Below are positions 51,068 through 60,230 of a stretch of DNA of 64,000 bases, piece after piece. Below the pieces are notes generated by a model. That model was given only the letters and a program-made list of their open reading frames with translations, was not told the origin of the DNA and ran no database searches. Location of the stretch: positions 64,001-128,000 of the forward strand of contig JBGPIA010000011.1 of NCBI GenBank assembly GCA_041484665.1, in the 5' to 3' direction. The DNA is from Candidatus Krumholzibacteriia bacterium. GTDB taxonomy: Bacteria > Krumholzibacteriota > Krumholzibacteriia > JAJRXK01. Position 1 is the first letter of the stretch. The number at the start of each line of letters is the position of its first letter. A program made the position numbers and the translations under genes.

Positions 51068-52791
51068 CGCAGTTCCCGCGTCGAAGCGCGATTGGCTGGG
51101 TCGTCATGGCAGTCGCCGCGCTCGCGCTTCTGGGAGGCGCGCCCTGCGTGGCGTGCGCGGCGCTCGCCGCGACGTCCGCGGCAACGGACACGACGCCGTC
51201 AGCATCCGGCGCCACGCCGCGCATGATGACCGCGGGCAGGGTCACCTACCTGACCGGCACGACCGCGTACGTCGATCTCGGACGCGACGACGGGCTGGGT
51301 GAGGGGGACCGTCTGGAGGTCGTTCGCGGTGGCAAGTCCGTGGCGACGCTGCAGGTGAGCTACGTGTCGTCGCACCGCGCTGCCTGTGCGATCCAGCCGC
51401 CGGAAGCGACGCTCGCGGAGGGCGATCCGGTGCGCGTGGTGGCCCGCGCCACCCGCGCGGACGCGGCGGCGACCGCGCCCGTGGCCACAGCGTCGACCAA
51501 CCTCGTGGCCGCGGCGCCGGTGCGCCGGAAGGGCTCCTGGCTCAACGAGATGGGGCTGCGGGGCCGCGTGGGCGGGCGGTTCCTCGGACTGAAGGACCGC
51601 AGCGGCACCGGTGCCAATCTCAAGCAGCCCGGTCTGGAGATGCGCGTCGACGGAACGCGGGTGGGCGGAGCACCCATCGACCTGGCGGTAGACGTCCGGG
51701 CGCGCCAGACATTCCAGACTCTGCCCGACGGGGGATCCCAGCACGCGGGCCAGACGCGCGTATACCGTCTCGCGACGACGTGGCACTTGCCCGATCCGCA
51801 CTTCCACGTGAGTGTCGGGCGGCAATTCTCCTCCGCGCTCTCCACCGTCAGTACGTTCGATGGCGTGGAGGCGGAGCTCGATGCCGGACAGGTCGGCGTG
51901 GGCATCTTCACCGGCACCCAGCCCGGGCCCATCGATTACAGCTTCTCCACCGACGTCTGGGAGCACGGACTGTTCTTTCGGGTGCACGGGCCGGGGCCGA
52001 CTGCGCAGATGGCGCAGGTGGGTCAGGGAGGGCAGATGGCGGCCCGTTGGGAGGTGGTGACGGCCGCGATCGGCTCGTACCAATCGGGCCAGATCAACCG
52101 TGAGTACCTCACCACCCAGGGCCGGCTCGACGCGCATGGGCTGTCGCTGTCGCTGTCCCAGGACCTCGACCTCAACCGCGGCTGGAAGCGGGACGCCGGC
52201 GAACAGGCCGTCTCGCCGACGAACACCTTCGTGAGCGCGCGTATGCGCGTAGCCCAGCGACTCGACCTGGACGGCGGGTTCGACAACCGGCGCAACATCC
52301 GCCTGTACCGTGACCGGATCACTCCGGAGACGGAGTTCGACGACACGTACCGGCAGGGGATCTGGGGCGGGAGCGGGCTGCGCGTCGGCGGTCACCTGCG
52401 CGTGGGAGCGACCGTCCGCAACAGCAGCGGCGGGGCCGCCGGCGCCTCGACGTCATGGGGTATGACCGCGGCCGCCAGCCGGCTGACCCCGGCGCAGGTG
52501 GATCTCCGGCTGCGGAGCACGCGCTACAACAGCGACCTGACCGAAGGGTGGATGCACACGCTCTCGGGCGGAGTGCGGCCGGGGCAGCGCCTGGGGCTCG
52601 AGCTGTTCGGCGGTGTCCGCACCGACCAGGGGAAGATCCAAGGCACCTCCGACGCGCGCGCCACGTGGTTCGGGGCCGACATGGACCTCGGCGTGGGCCG
52701 TCACTGGTACCTGGCGATCTCCGCAGAGCGGGACGAGCGGGGCCCGGAGCAGTTCGATCAGGTCTACGGCATGCTCAACTATCGCTTCTAG
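51064..52791 (+). CDS. Probable outer-membrane beta-barrel protein with a small N-terminal beta domain
   Basis: Signal peptide; YVDLGRDDGLGEGDRLEV; alternating amphipathic strands; C-terminal YGMLNYRF beta-signal. Confidence 0.78.
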   Translation: MTQFPRRSAIGWVVMAVAALALLGGAPCVACAALAATSAATDTTPSASGATPRMMTAGRVTYLTGTTAYVDLGRDDGLGEGDRLEVVRGGKSVATLQVSYVSSHRAACAIQPPEATLAEGDPVRVVARATRADAAATAPVATASTNLVAAAPVRRKGSWLNEMGLRGRVGGRFLGLKDRSGTGANLKQPGLEMRVDGTRVGGAPIDLAVDVRARQTFQTLPDGGSQHAGQTRVYRLATTWHLPDPHFHVSVGRQFSSALSTVSTFDGVEAELDAGQVGVGIFTGTQPGPIDYSFSTDVWEHGLFFRVHGPGPTAQMAQVGQGGQMAARWEVVTAAIGSYQSGQINREYLTTQGRLDAHGLSLSLSQDLDLNRGWKRDAGEQAVSPTNTFVSARMRVAQRLDLDGGFDNRRNIRLYRDRITPETEFDDTYRQGIWGGSGLRVGGHLRVGATVRNSSGGAAGASTSWGMTAAASRLTPAQVDLRLRSTRYNSDLTEGWMHTLSGGVRPGQRLGLELFGGVRTDQGKIQGTSDARATWFGADMDLGVGRHWYLAISAERDERGPEQFDQVYGMLNYRF

Positions 52792-52879
52792 CCGGGCGGA
52801 CGGACTGCAGGCGCCACGTCGCCGAACCGTGAGCAGACCGCGGAAGACAGCGGTAGACAGCGGCCGACCGCGGCGCCGA

Positions 52880-53746
52880 TCAGGGGGCGGATCGCTCGCG
52901 GATCACGGGGGCTGGGCCACTCGACAGCACCGGAAGGGACGCGCCCAGCACCACCCGATTCAGCCCCACCCGGCACCGCCGCGCCAGCACCTGCACGCCC
53001 GCTGCGCGGGCCTCCTGCAGGGCTTCCGCAAAGCCGGGATCGATGTGCCGCGCGGCGCGCACGCTTTGGGCGTCGGGGCGCTGCACCACGAACAGCACGG
53101 CCGCCACGCACTTTGCATGCCTCGCCAGATCCGCGAGCTCGCGGAGGTGCCGTGCGCCGCGCGCGGTAACGGCGTCGGGAAACAAGCCGACTCCGTCCTC
53201 GACCAGCGTCACGCTCTTCACCTCCAACAGCATGCGTCCTCGTACCGTACCGTCCGCCGCGATCCGCCGCGCCCTGTGCCGCTGCCCGCCGTTCGCCGCC
53301 GCCCACGGTCCCGCCGCGGCTCCGCGCGCGCCCGGGTCGCACAGCAGGAAGTCGAACCGGCTGTGCCCCACCGTGACCTCCGCCCGCTCCAGCGTCCAGG
53401 CGCCGAGCTCGGGCAGGGCGCCGGCCCGCAGCGCCGCCGCGACCAGGCGATTGGGTAACGTGGTGTCCAACGAGACCAATCCGCGGCCACTGGGCGTCTG
53501 GACCAGCGCGGCCGACCAACGCGTGCGGCGCGGCGCGCCACCGCCGCGCCGCGCGCCCAACGCATCGCGCAGCCACACACGGCGGCCCGCGACCAACAGC
53601 TCCCGCAACCGTCCCGGATCGGCGAGGTGCGCGGTGACCACTCCGCCCGTCGCCGCCAGGCGGCAGCGCAGCACGAAGCGGTTGGGGCGCGTCAGGAAGC
53701 GCGCCTCGTGGAGAGGCGAGGGCCACGCAATCGAGACCAGCGGCAT
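52880..53746 (-). CDS. sfsA: SfsA family DNA/RNA nuclease (sugar fermentation stimulation protein)
   Basis: RPNRF, AHLADPGRLRELL, SRFDFLL, EVKSVTL, FPDAVTARGARHL, DPGFAEAL. Confidence 0.92.
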   Translation of the reverse strand: MPLVSIAWPSPLHEARFLTRPNRFVLRCRLAATGGVVTAHLADPGRLRELLVAGRRVWLRDALGARRGGGAPRRTRWSAALVQTPSGRGLVSLDTTLPNRLVAAALRAGALPELGAWTLERAEVTVGHSRFDFLLCDPGARGAAAGPWAAANGGQRHRARRIAADGTVRGRMLLEVKSVTLVEDGVGLFPDAVTARGARHLRELADLARHAKCVAAVLFVVQRPDAQSVRAARHIDPGFAEALQEARAAGVQVLARRCRVGLNRVVLGASLPVLSSGPAPVIRERSAP

Positions 53747-53790
53747 CGCGGCCAAAGGAGAACGCGGCCGCGGTGGCGCGGCCCGTTCGC

Positions 53791-54213
53791 TCAGGCTTCC
53801 TCCGACCTCGACGGCTCGCTCTTCGGGGCTGCCTCGGGCCTGCCCTGCGAACCGTAGGGATAGGCGGGAAGCTGTGTGGGGCGGAAGACAACCCTCGTAA
53901 TCCCGTGTTGCGCGAGCTCGGTCAGGAGAGCGTCCGCGCTCTGGACCAGCCAGTTCATGTACTCCCGGGTCGCCTCCAGGCTCTGTCTGACCTCCTCGAC
54001 GGTAAAGGCGCAGGGCCAGGGCGGGTAGCAGGGCGGCCCGCCGGGGTCGACCACTGCGGGTGCATTCGGAACCGTGACGACGACCTGCTTGCCCCCGTCC
54101 TCCACTTGCTGCACCGCCCCGAGGAAGAGATCGCCGTAGAAGCGCATGGCGTTTTCGGTCAAGCGCAGCTCCTTCCAGGCCTGCCGCGCGTCGAACGGGA
54201 TGGTCTTGTTCAT
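53791..54213 (-). CDS. Hypothetical protein, 140 aa
   Basis: GGAGAGGA RBS before the ATG at 54213; protein-like composition; fills the gap between the kinase and sfsA. Confidence 0.7.
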   Translation of the reverse strand: MNKTIPFDARQAWKELRLTENAMRFYGDLFLGAVQQVEDGGKQVVVTVPNAPAVVDPGGPPCYPPWPCAFTVEEVRQSLEATREYMNWLVQSADALLTELAQHGITRVVFRPTQLPAYPYGSQGRPEAAPKSEPSRSEEA

Positions 54214-54246
54214 GTCCTCTCCATTTCGGTTGCGGTCCAATTCGGC

Positions 54247-57024
54247 TCAGGGCTTTTCCGCACGCGCGGTTCCCAGCAGCTGGGCGAGCTCCACGTTACG
54301 CACATAGTCGGAGTCGGCGTCAGTCCACAGCGTGCGCAGGCGCTCCAGAGCCGCGCGCGCACCCGCGCGGTCACCCTGGGCCTGGTTGCTTTGGCCCAGC
54401 AGGAGCAACGCGTCCGGGTAATTGGGGTTGAAGGCCAGCACGCCCTGGGCGGCCCCGGCGGCCTCCTGCGGGTCGCCCCCGGCCAGGAGCGCCTCGCCCA
54501 GCGCCGTGCGCAGGAGCGGTTCATCGAGGCGGCCGGAGTAGGTGAGGGCCCGGCGGTGCATGCGCACCGCCCGCGGGAGATCGCGCTCCGCTTCGGCGAG
54601 CTTCCCCTCCAGGTTGTAGTAGTAGCGTTTCGCGGTCAGCGCCTCGGCGGTGGTGGAGTCCTCCAGGCTGCCCGCGAGCTGGTCGGCGATGGCGAGCGCG
54701 TGCTGCTGCGCCGCCGGCAGGTCGCCCGCGGCGACGGAGAGCAAGCCCGCGATCCAGCGATTGTACCAGTCGTCTTGGATCTGCAGGGCCTGCGCGGCGC
54801 GCTGCTGCCCGCGCGCCGTCTCGCCGCGCACGTAGTCGAGGTAGGCGAGTTGCGCGAGCGGGCGCGAGTGGTCGAAGTACCCGCCGGGGTTTTCCTGCCA
54901 GCGCACGAGCGATTGCTCGGCCGCGCGCATTCGGCCCAGGTGCAGCAGCACGACCGCGCGGTAGGGGAGGTCGGCTCCTGACCGTTTGAGCGCGAGGGTG
55001 TCGCACAGCCCCAGCGCCACGCCATAGTCTCCCACCATCCCCTGCAGCTGAATCGTCCACATGAGCGGAAACGCCTCGTCCGGCAGGCGCTGGCGCCACT
55101 GGCGGCAGAGGCGCAGCGCCTCGCGGGGCCGGCCGATCTCCATGGAGCAGATGGTGAGATCGGCGAAGAACGAGGTGTCGAATGGATTGTGCTCGCGGAC
55201 CGCGTTGAACTCGGCGTCGGCCTGCAGCCACTGTCGACGGCGCATGTACACGCGGGCGAGCTTGACGCGCGCGTCGACCTCCTCGGGGTGCTCCGCCAGG
55301 ATCTGCTCGTAGCGCCGAGCCGCTTCGTCGTACTGCTGGTGGCCGAGGAACCACTCCGCCTCGACCAGATCGCGCAGCGTCTGGGGAGCGCCGTGGCGGT
55401 ACTTCATGGCCAACGTCAGGAATCGTAGCCGCCCCTCCTCGTCCAGAGCCAGCCTGGCCAGGTACAGGTACGCATGTGCGAACGACGAGTCCGCAGCGAC
55501 GGCTTCCTGGAAGCTCGCCCTCGCCGCCGGCGTGTCGTGCCGCTGGTAATGCCGCAGGCCCTCTTCGAAGAAACGCATGGCTTCCACGGAGCTCGTGGAG
55601 TGCGCCGGCGACGCGGCGTCCTTGCCCGTGACGCGCTGCAGCGGGGCGCGCAGAGCCTGCGCGATGCTTCCGGCCAGCGTGTCCACGGAGCCGAAGAACT
55701 CCGCGTCGAGGTCGTGCAACTCACGGGGCCAGCTGGCCACCACCGCGCCCCTGTCCAGATCCTGGAGCTCGCAGTTGATGCGGATCCGGCCGCCGCTGGC
55801 GGTGTAGTTTCCGCTCACCAGATACGCGGCCTTCGCCTCGCGCGCTGCCCCGAACAGGTTGCGCACGGGGATCCCGGCGGCCTGGGGCGCTGCGACCTCC
55901 AGCGCGGACATGACCGTGGTGCGGCTGACGACGGTGTAGCCATCCACGCGCCCCAGCGCTCCGATCAGCCCGTCCATGATGCCGCTGGAAAGCCACTCCA
56001 GGTCCGCCACGCCGCGCGTGTTGTCGAACGGGGCCACCATGATGCGGCGCGGCGCAGGAGCCCGGCCCGCCCGCTCGAGCACGCGCGGGCCCAGCAGCGC
56101 GAGCGCGACCAACAAGACGCCCAGTCCTGCCCACTGCGCGCGCCGCCTCGACCGCGTCCAGCGCTGCGCGTACAGCGTCTGGTCCGTCGCAGGCGCGCTC
56201 GCCGCGAGCCGGGCGCGTACGATCTCCAGATCGTGCAGCAGGCTGTTGGCATCGGGGTAGCGATGCTCCGGCTCCTTGGCCAACGCGCGCGCCACGATCT
56301 CGTCGAAGCCGGCGGGCAGTCCGACCGTCAGCGTGGAGAGCCGGGGCGCCTCGACGGTGAGCAGATCGTGCACGAACGAGCCCCGTTCCTTGGGCTCGAA
56401 GGGAAGCCGGCGGGTCAGCATCTCGAACAGGACCACGCCCAGCGAGTAGAGATCGGCCCGGGCGTCCACCGGACGGCCCTGCAGCTGCTCGGGCGCCATG
56501 TAGCAGAGCGTGCCCACGATCTCGCCGGCGCGGGTGATGGTGGTGCTGTCGACCAGATGCGCCACCCCGAAGTCGAGCACCTTGCAGTGCCCCTCGGGGG
56601 TGACCATGACGTTTTCCGGCTTGAGGTCGCGGTGCACCAGCCCGTGGGCGTGGGCCGCGCGCAGCCCGTCGGTGACCTCGCACGCGATGCGGACGGCCTG
56701 GGCGGCATCCACTCCCTCGCCGCCCAAGATGGCCCGCAGCGTGCGCCCGCGCACGTACTGCATGACCAGGTAGAGCCCCTCACCGTCCTGGAGCGCCTCG
56801 AACAGGGTGACGATGTTGGGATGATCGAGATCGGAGATCGCGCGCGCCTCGCGCAGGAAGCGCGCGCGCTCGGTGGGGCCGGCCAGCGCTGGGTGCTTGA
56901 GGGCCTTGACGGCCACCGTGCGCCCGAGCATGAGGTCCTCGGCGCGGTACACGGCACCCATCGACCCCTCCCCGAGCAGCTCGAGGAGGCGGTAGTGCGA
57001 GACGGTGGGGGACACCGGGACCAT
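54247..57024 (-). CDS. Hanks-type Ser/Thr protein kinase with TM, TolB-N-like domain and TPRs
   Basis: LGEGSMGAVY, VAVK, HRDLKPEN, DFG, YMAPE, DLYSLG; VAPFDN; multiple TPRs. Confidence 0.95.
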   Translation of the reverse strand: MVPVSPTVSHYRLLELLGEGSMGAVYRAEDLMLGRTVAVKALKHPALAGPTERARFLREARAISDLDHPNIVTLFEALQDGEGLYLVMQYVRGRTLRAILGGEGVDAAQAVRIACEVTDGLRAAHAHGLVHRDLKPENVMVTPEGHCKVLDFGVAHLVDSTTITRAGEIVGTLCYMAPEQLQGRPVDARADLYSLGVVLFEMLTRRLPFEPKERGSFVHDLLTVEAPRLSTLTVGLPAGFDEIVARALAKEPEHRYPDANSLLHDLEIVRARLAASAPATDQTLYAQRWTRSRRRAQWAGLGVLLVALALLGPRVLERAGRAPAPRRIMVAPFDNTRGVADLEWLSSGIMDGLIGALGRVDGYTVVSRTTVMSALEVAAPQAAGIPVRNLFGAAREAKAAYLVSGNYTASGGRIRINCELQDLDRGAVVASWPRELHDLDAEFFGSVDTLAGSIAQALRAPLQRVTGKDAASPAHSTSSVEAMRFFEEGLRHYQRHDTPAARASFQEAVAADSSFAHAYLYLARLALDEEGRLRFLTLAMKYRHGAPQTLRDLVEAEWFLGHQQYDEAARRYEQILAEHPEEVDARVKLARVYMRRRQWLQADAEFNAVREHNPFDTSFFADLTICSMEIGRPREALRLCRQWRQRLPDEAFPLMWTIQLQGMVGDYGVALGLCDTLALKRSGADLPYRAVVLLHLGRMRAAEQSLVRWQENPGGYFDHSRPLAQLAYLDYVRGETARGQQRAAQALQIQDDWYNRWIAGLLSVAAGDLPAAQQHALAIADQLAGSLEDSTTAEALTAKRYYYNLEGKLAEAERDLPRAVRMHRRALTYSGRLDEPLLRTALGEALLAGGDPQEAAGAAQGVLAFNPNYPDALLLLGQSNQAQGDRAGARAALERLRTLWTDADSDYVRNVELAQLLGTARAEKP

Positions 57025-57223
57025 GGGGCGCTCCCGTCGTCGAGGAGGACAGCGGCGTCAGCCCCGGGTCCAGGCTATCCCAATGCAATCCGGAGGAACA
57101 AGTGCGGAACATGCGCGGAACGAGTGACGAGGCGCCGCGCCGCGCCGGGCAGGCGCCCTCCGGCACGCGCGCGACGGTGACCAGGTCGAGGGCCCACCGC
57201 CGGCGGCCCTTCCTGTGGTGCCT

Positions 57224-59239
57224 TTACTGCGCCACCAGCGGCGGCCCCGGCCCCTCCGTCGGGGCGAGGATCTCGAACACCTCGATCGGCTCGTCGATCC
57301 CCTTGAGCTGCCGCGGGCCCAGCGAGCGCGTGGACACGCCGTCGACGGCCAGCGCCGTGCGGCGATCCAGCAGGATCTGCCCGTCGAGGCTCAGCGCCTG
57401 CAGCCGGGCGGCGAGATTGACGGTATTACCGATCACCGTGTATTCGAGCCGCTCGCTGCTGCCGACGTTGCCGGCGACCACCGACCCGGTGGCGATGGCG
57501 ATCCCCATCTTGATCGGCGGCTTGCCCTCCGCGCGCCGCGCCTCGTTATGGGCGGCCAGGCGCTCTTGCATGCGCCGGGCGGCCTCGACAGCTCGCTGCG
57601 GATCGTCGGGGCGCTCGATGGGCGCGCCGAACACCGCCAGGATCGCGTCGCCAAGGAACTTGTTGACGGTGCCGTCGAGCGCGAAGATCACCTCGACCAT
57701 CTCGCTCAGGAATCCGTTGAGCTCGTCCACGAGCTGGCCGGGCTCCATGGTACGGGTCCAGGCGGTGAAGCCCCGGATGTCGACGAACACCACCGTGGAC
57801 TGCTTGAGCGAGCCGCCCAGCTGGATGCGGCCGGCATCCGCCAGGATTCCCTCGAGCAGATCCCGCGAGACGTACTTCTGGAAGGTGCTGCGCAGGATCT
57901 GTCGCTCGCTCTCCTGGCCCACGAACGTGAGCGAGGTGACGATCAGGTAGCCCAGCAGGAGCGCCACCGTGGGCGCGACCACCGGCACGAGCAGCCGTCC
58001 CATGGTGAATGCCAGGTGCGCTGTCGCCAGCAGCCCCAGCAACACGGCGAGCCACAGCCAGAACCACCGCGATGACTTCAGCGTCGGGCCGATGGCGCTG
58101 CCGAACAGCAGCACGAGCGCCGCGGCCAGCAGCGGCCATCGCAGCGGCAGACGCGTCAGCCGGCAGCCCTGCAGGAGGTCGTTGAGCAGGTTGGCGTGCA
58201 CGTATAGCAGCGGCATCGACGCGCTCACCGGCGTCATGCCGAAATCCAGACTGTAGCTGCCGGCACCCGTCACACCCACCAGCACGATCTTGCCCTTGAA
58301 TACGTCGAGCTCGCCCTGGTGGGAAGGATCGGCGGCCGCGCTCTTGATGCGCGTGACGGCCTCGATGAAGCTGATGCGGTTCACGCCGGGGAGGAACGCG
58401 TCGCGATCGCCGACGTAATTGATCTCGTGCAGTCCGTCGCGGGGCAGCCGCAGCACCCGACGCCCGCTGCGCGCCTCGACGATCCAGCCGGCCAGCGGAT
58501 CTGCCACCACATCGGGGGGCGCCAGATGCCGTGCCTGCATCCAGCAGACCAACGCCAGCGTGGGGAACAGCCGCCCGCCAGTTTGGATGACCAGCGGCAC
58601 GCGGCGAAAGCTCCCGTCGGCCTCCAGGTCCTGCAGCAGCGTGACCTGGCCCACGCCCACGCCCGCAGGCAGGAAGCTCGCCAGCGGCATGTCGAGGCGG
58701 CTGCCCGCGTAGGCGAGCGGCATGCTCGTGCCCGGGCGCAACGGAATCGTGTACGGATTCAGAAGGGTGTCGCGCCGCGCCGCGATGGGCTGCCCGCGGG
58801 AAAGCTCGTCGAAGAAGTGCGCGGCCAGCACAGCTCTGCCCGGGCTGCTGCGCAGCTCCACCCAGAGCAGCTGGTCGCGCTCGGCCAGGGTGGCGGACGT
58901 GGTGAACAGCAAATCGAACCCAATCGAGGCGGCTCCCGCCTGCCGCAGCCCGTCCAGCAGCACGCCATGCTGATCGCGCTCGAGGGGAAACTGGCCGCCG
59001 TAGCGCTGGATCGTTTCGTCGTCGATCTCGACTACGAGCAGATCGGGGTGGACGGCCGGCGGCTGGCGCAGGCGGAAGCGGACGTCCTGCGTCTTGAGCT
59101 CGAGGATGGAAATGAAACGCATTTGCGCCAGCGCGGCGCACAGCAGGGGCAGCAGGATCGCCACGAGCAGCGCGCGCTCCCAGCGCGCGCGCCGCGTCCT
59201 GCCCAGCCAGAAGGGCGTGAGCTGCCAGCCGATCCGCAC
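57224..59239 (-). CDS. CHASE2-domain class III adenylate cyclase
   Basis: VVEIDDET, IGFDLLF, DGSFRRVP, GKIVLVG, HANLL; FVDIRGFT, NKFLGDA (Lys implies ATP specificity), EYTVIGNTVNLAARL. Confidence 0.92.
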   Translation of the reverse strand: MRIGWQLTPFWLGRTRRARWERALLVAILLPLLCAALAQMRFISILELKTQDVRFRLRQPPAVHPDLLVVEIDDETIQRYGGQFPLERDQHGVLLDGLRQAGAASIGFDLLFTTSATLAERDQLLWVELRSSPGRAVLAAHFFDELSRGQPIAARRDTLLNPYTIPLRPGTSMPLAYAGSRLDMPLASFLPAGVGVGQVTLLQDLEADGSFRRVPLVIQTGGRLFPTLALVCWMQARHLAPPDVVADPLAGWIVEARSGRRVLRLPRDGLHEINYVGDRDAFLPGVNRISFIEAVTRIKSAAADPSHQGELDVFKGKIVLVGVTGAGSYSLDFGMTPVSASMPLLYVHANLLNDLLQGCRLTRLPLRWPLLAAALVLLFGSAIGPTLKSSRWFWLWLAVLLGLLATAHLAFTMGRLLVPVVAPTVALLLGYLIVTSLTFVGQESERQILRSTFQKYVSRDLLEGILADAGRIQLGGSLKQSTVVFVDIRGFTAWTRTMEPGQLVDELNGFLSEMVEVIFALDGTVNKFLGDAILAVFGAPIERPDDPQRAVEAARRMQERLAAHNEARRAEGKPPIKMGIAIATGSVVAGNVGSSERLEYTVIGNTVNLAARLQALSLDGQILLDRRTALAVDGVSTRSLGPRQLKGIDEPIEVFEILAPTEGPGPPLVAQ

Positions 59240-59242
59240 GCC

Positions 59243-60202
59243 CTAGGGACGCTCCGCAGCAGCCAGGGCCAGCGGCATCCAGTAGAGCCGCTGCGGCCCG
59301 GTCTCGACTTGGTCGGCCTTCGTCCCGGCCGCGCGCGTGGCGACCTTGTTCGCCTCGGCCACCGTGCTGCGCGTCGACAGCGAATCCGCCCGCGGGATCT
59401 TCTGCATGGCGCGCGCGAGCAGGTCCTCGATCTCCACCGTACGCAGGCCGGCCTCGTCGGCGGCCTTCGTCGCAATCGCGCCAGGGGCACCCGGCCCGCC
59501 GGATGCACCCGCGACGCCCGCTGCGCTCACCGCGCCGGCCGCGCCAGCGACGCCCGTCGACCCGTTGGCAGTGCCCGCGTCGGCGCCGACACCGCTCTCC
59601 GGAGCGTCTTGCGTCGAGAGGCCCAGCAGGAAGTACGCGTTCTGCACGTCGCCCACCAGCCGTAGGCCCCGGCGCACGTGGGTCAGGCTCGCCTCCTCCT
59701 CACCCACGGCGTGCAGGAGCACGCCCAGATTCAGGTGCAGGCCGCCCTCGCGGGGCGCGGCCGCGATCGCCCGCTCATACAGCTCGCGGGCGCGGGGCGT
59801 CTGCCCCTGGAGGAAGTAGACGTTCGCCGCGTTGTTGAGCGCGGCAGGTTGCTCAGGCTGCTCGGCCAGCACGAGGCTGAACTGACGCAGCGCATCCTCC
59901 AGATGGCCGCCCTTGGCCTGGACGATCCCCAGCTCATTGCGCAGGCGCAGCTTCTCCCCATCGGCCGTTGTGGCGGGTGCCGCGAGCGCCTTCGCGGGCG
60001 AGGCGAGCGCGCCCGCTGCGCCGCCGGCGCCCGTCGCGCCCGTGGCATGCCCGGCTCGCGCCGCCGAGGAAGCTGGGGAGGCCTGGGCGGAGAGCGCAGG
60101 AACCGCGGCCGCGCACAGCCCCGGCAGCAGGAGCAGGGCCAGCGCTCGCGTCGGACGCAGCGGGCTGGCGGCGAAAGCAGCGGGGCGGCGGAAGCGCATC
60201 AT
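59243..60202 (-). CDS. Exported TPR protein, 319 aa
   Basis: AGGAG RBS; signal peptide; three TPRs (NELGIV, NNAANVY, LNLGVL); C-terminal LYW. Confidence 0.8.
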   Translation of the reverse strand: MMRFRRPAAFAASPLRPTRALALLLLPGLCAAAVPALSAQASPASSAARAGHATGATGAGGAAGALASPAKALAAPATTADGEKLRLRNELGIVQAKGGHLEDALRQFSLVLAEQPEQPAALNNAANVYFLQGQTPRARELYERAIAAAPREGGLHLNLGVLLHAVGEEEASLTHVRRGLRLVGDVQNAYFLLGLSTQDAPESGVGADAGTANGSTGVAGAAGAVSAAGVAGASGGPGAPGAIATKAADEAGLRTVEIEDLLARAMQKIPRADSLSTRSTVAEANKVATRAAGTKADQVETGPQRLYWMPLALAAAERP

Positions 60203-60230
60203 GATCTGTCTCCTGGCTGTGGGGGGGAGC

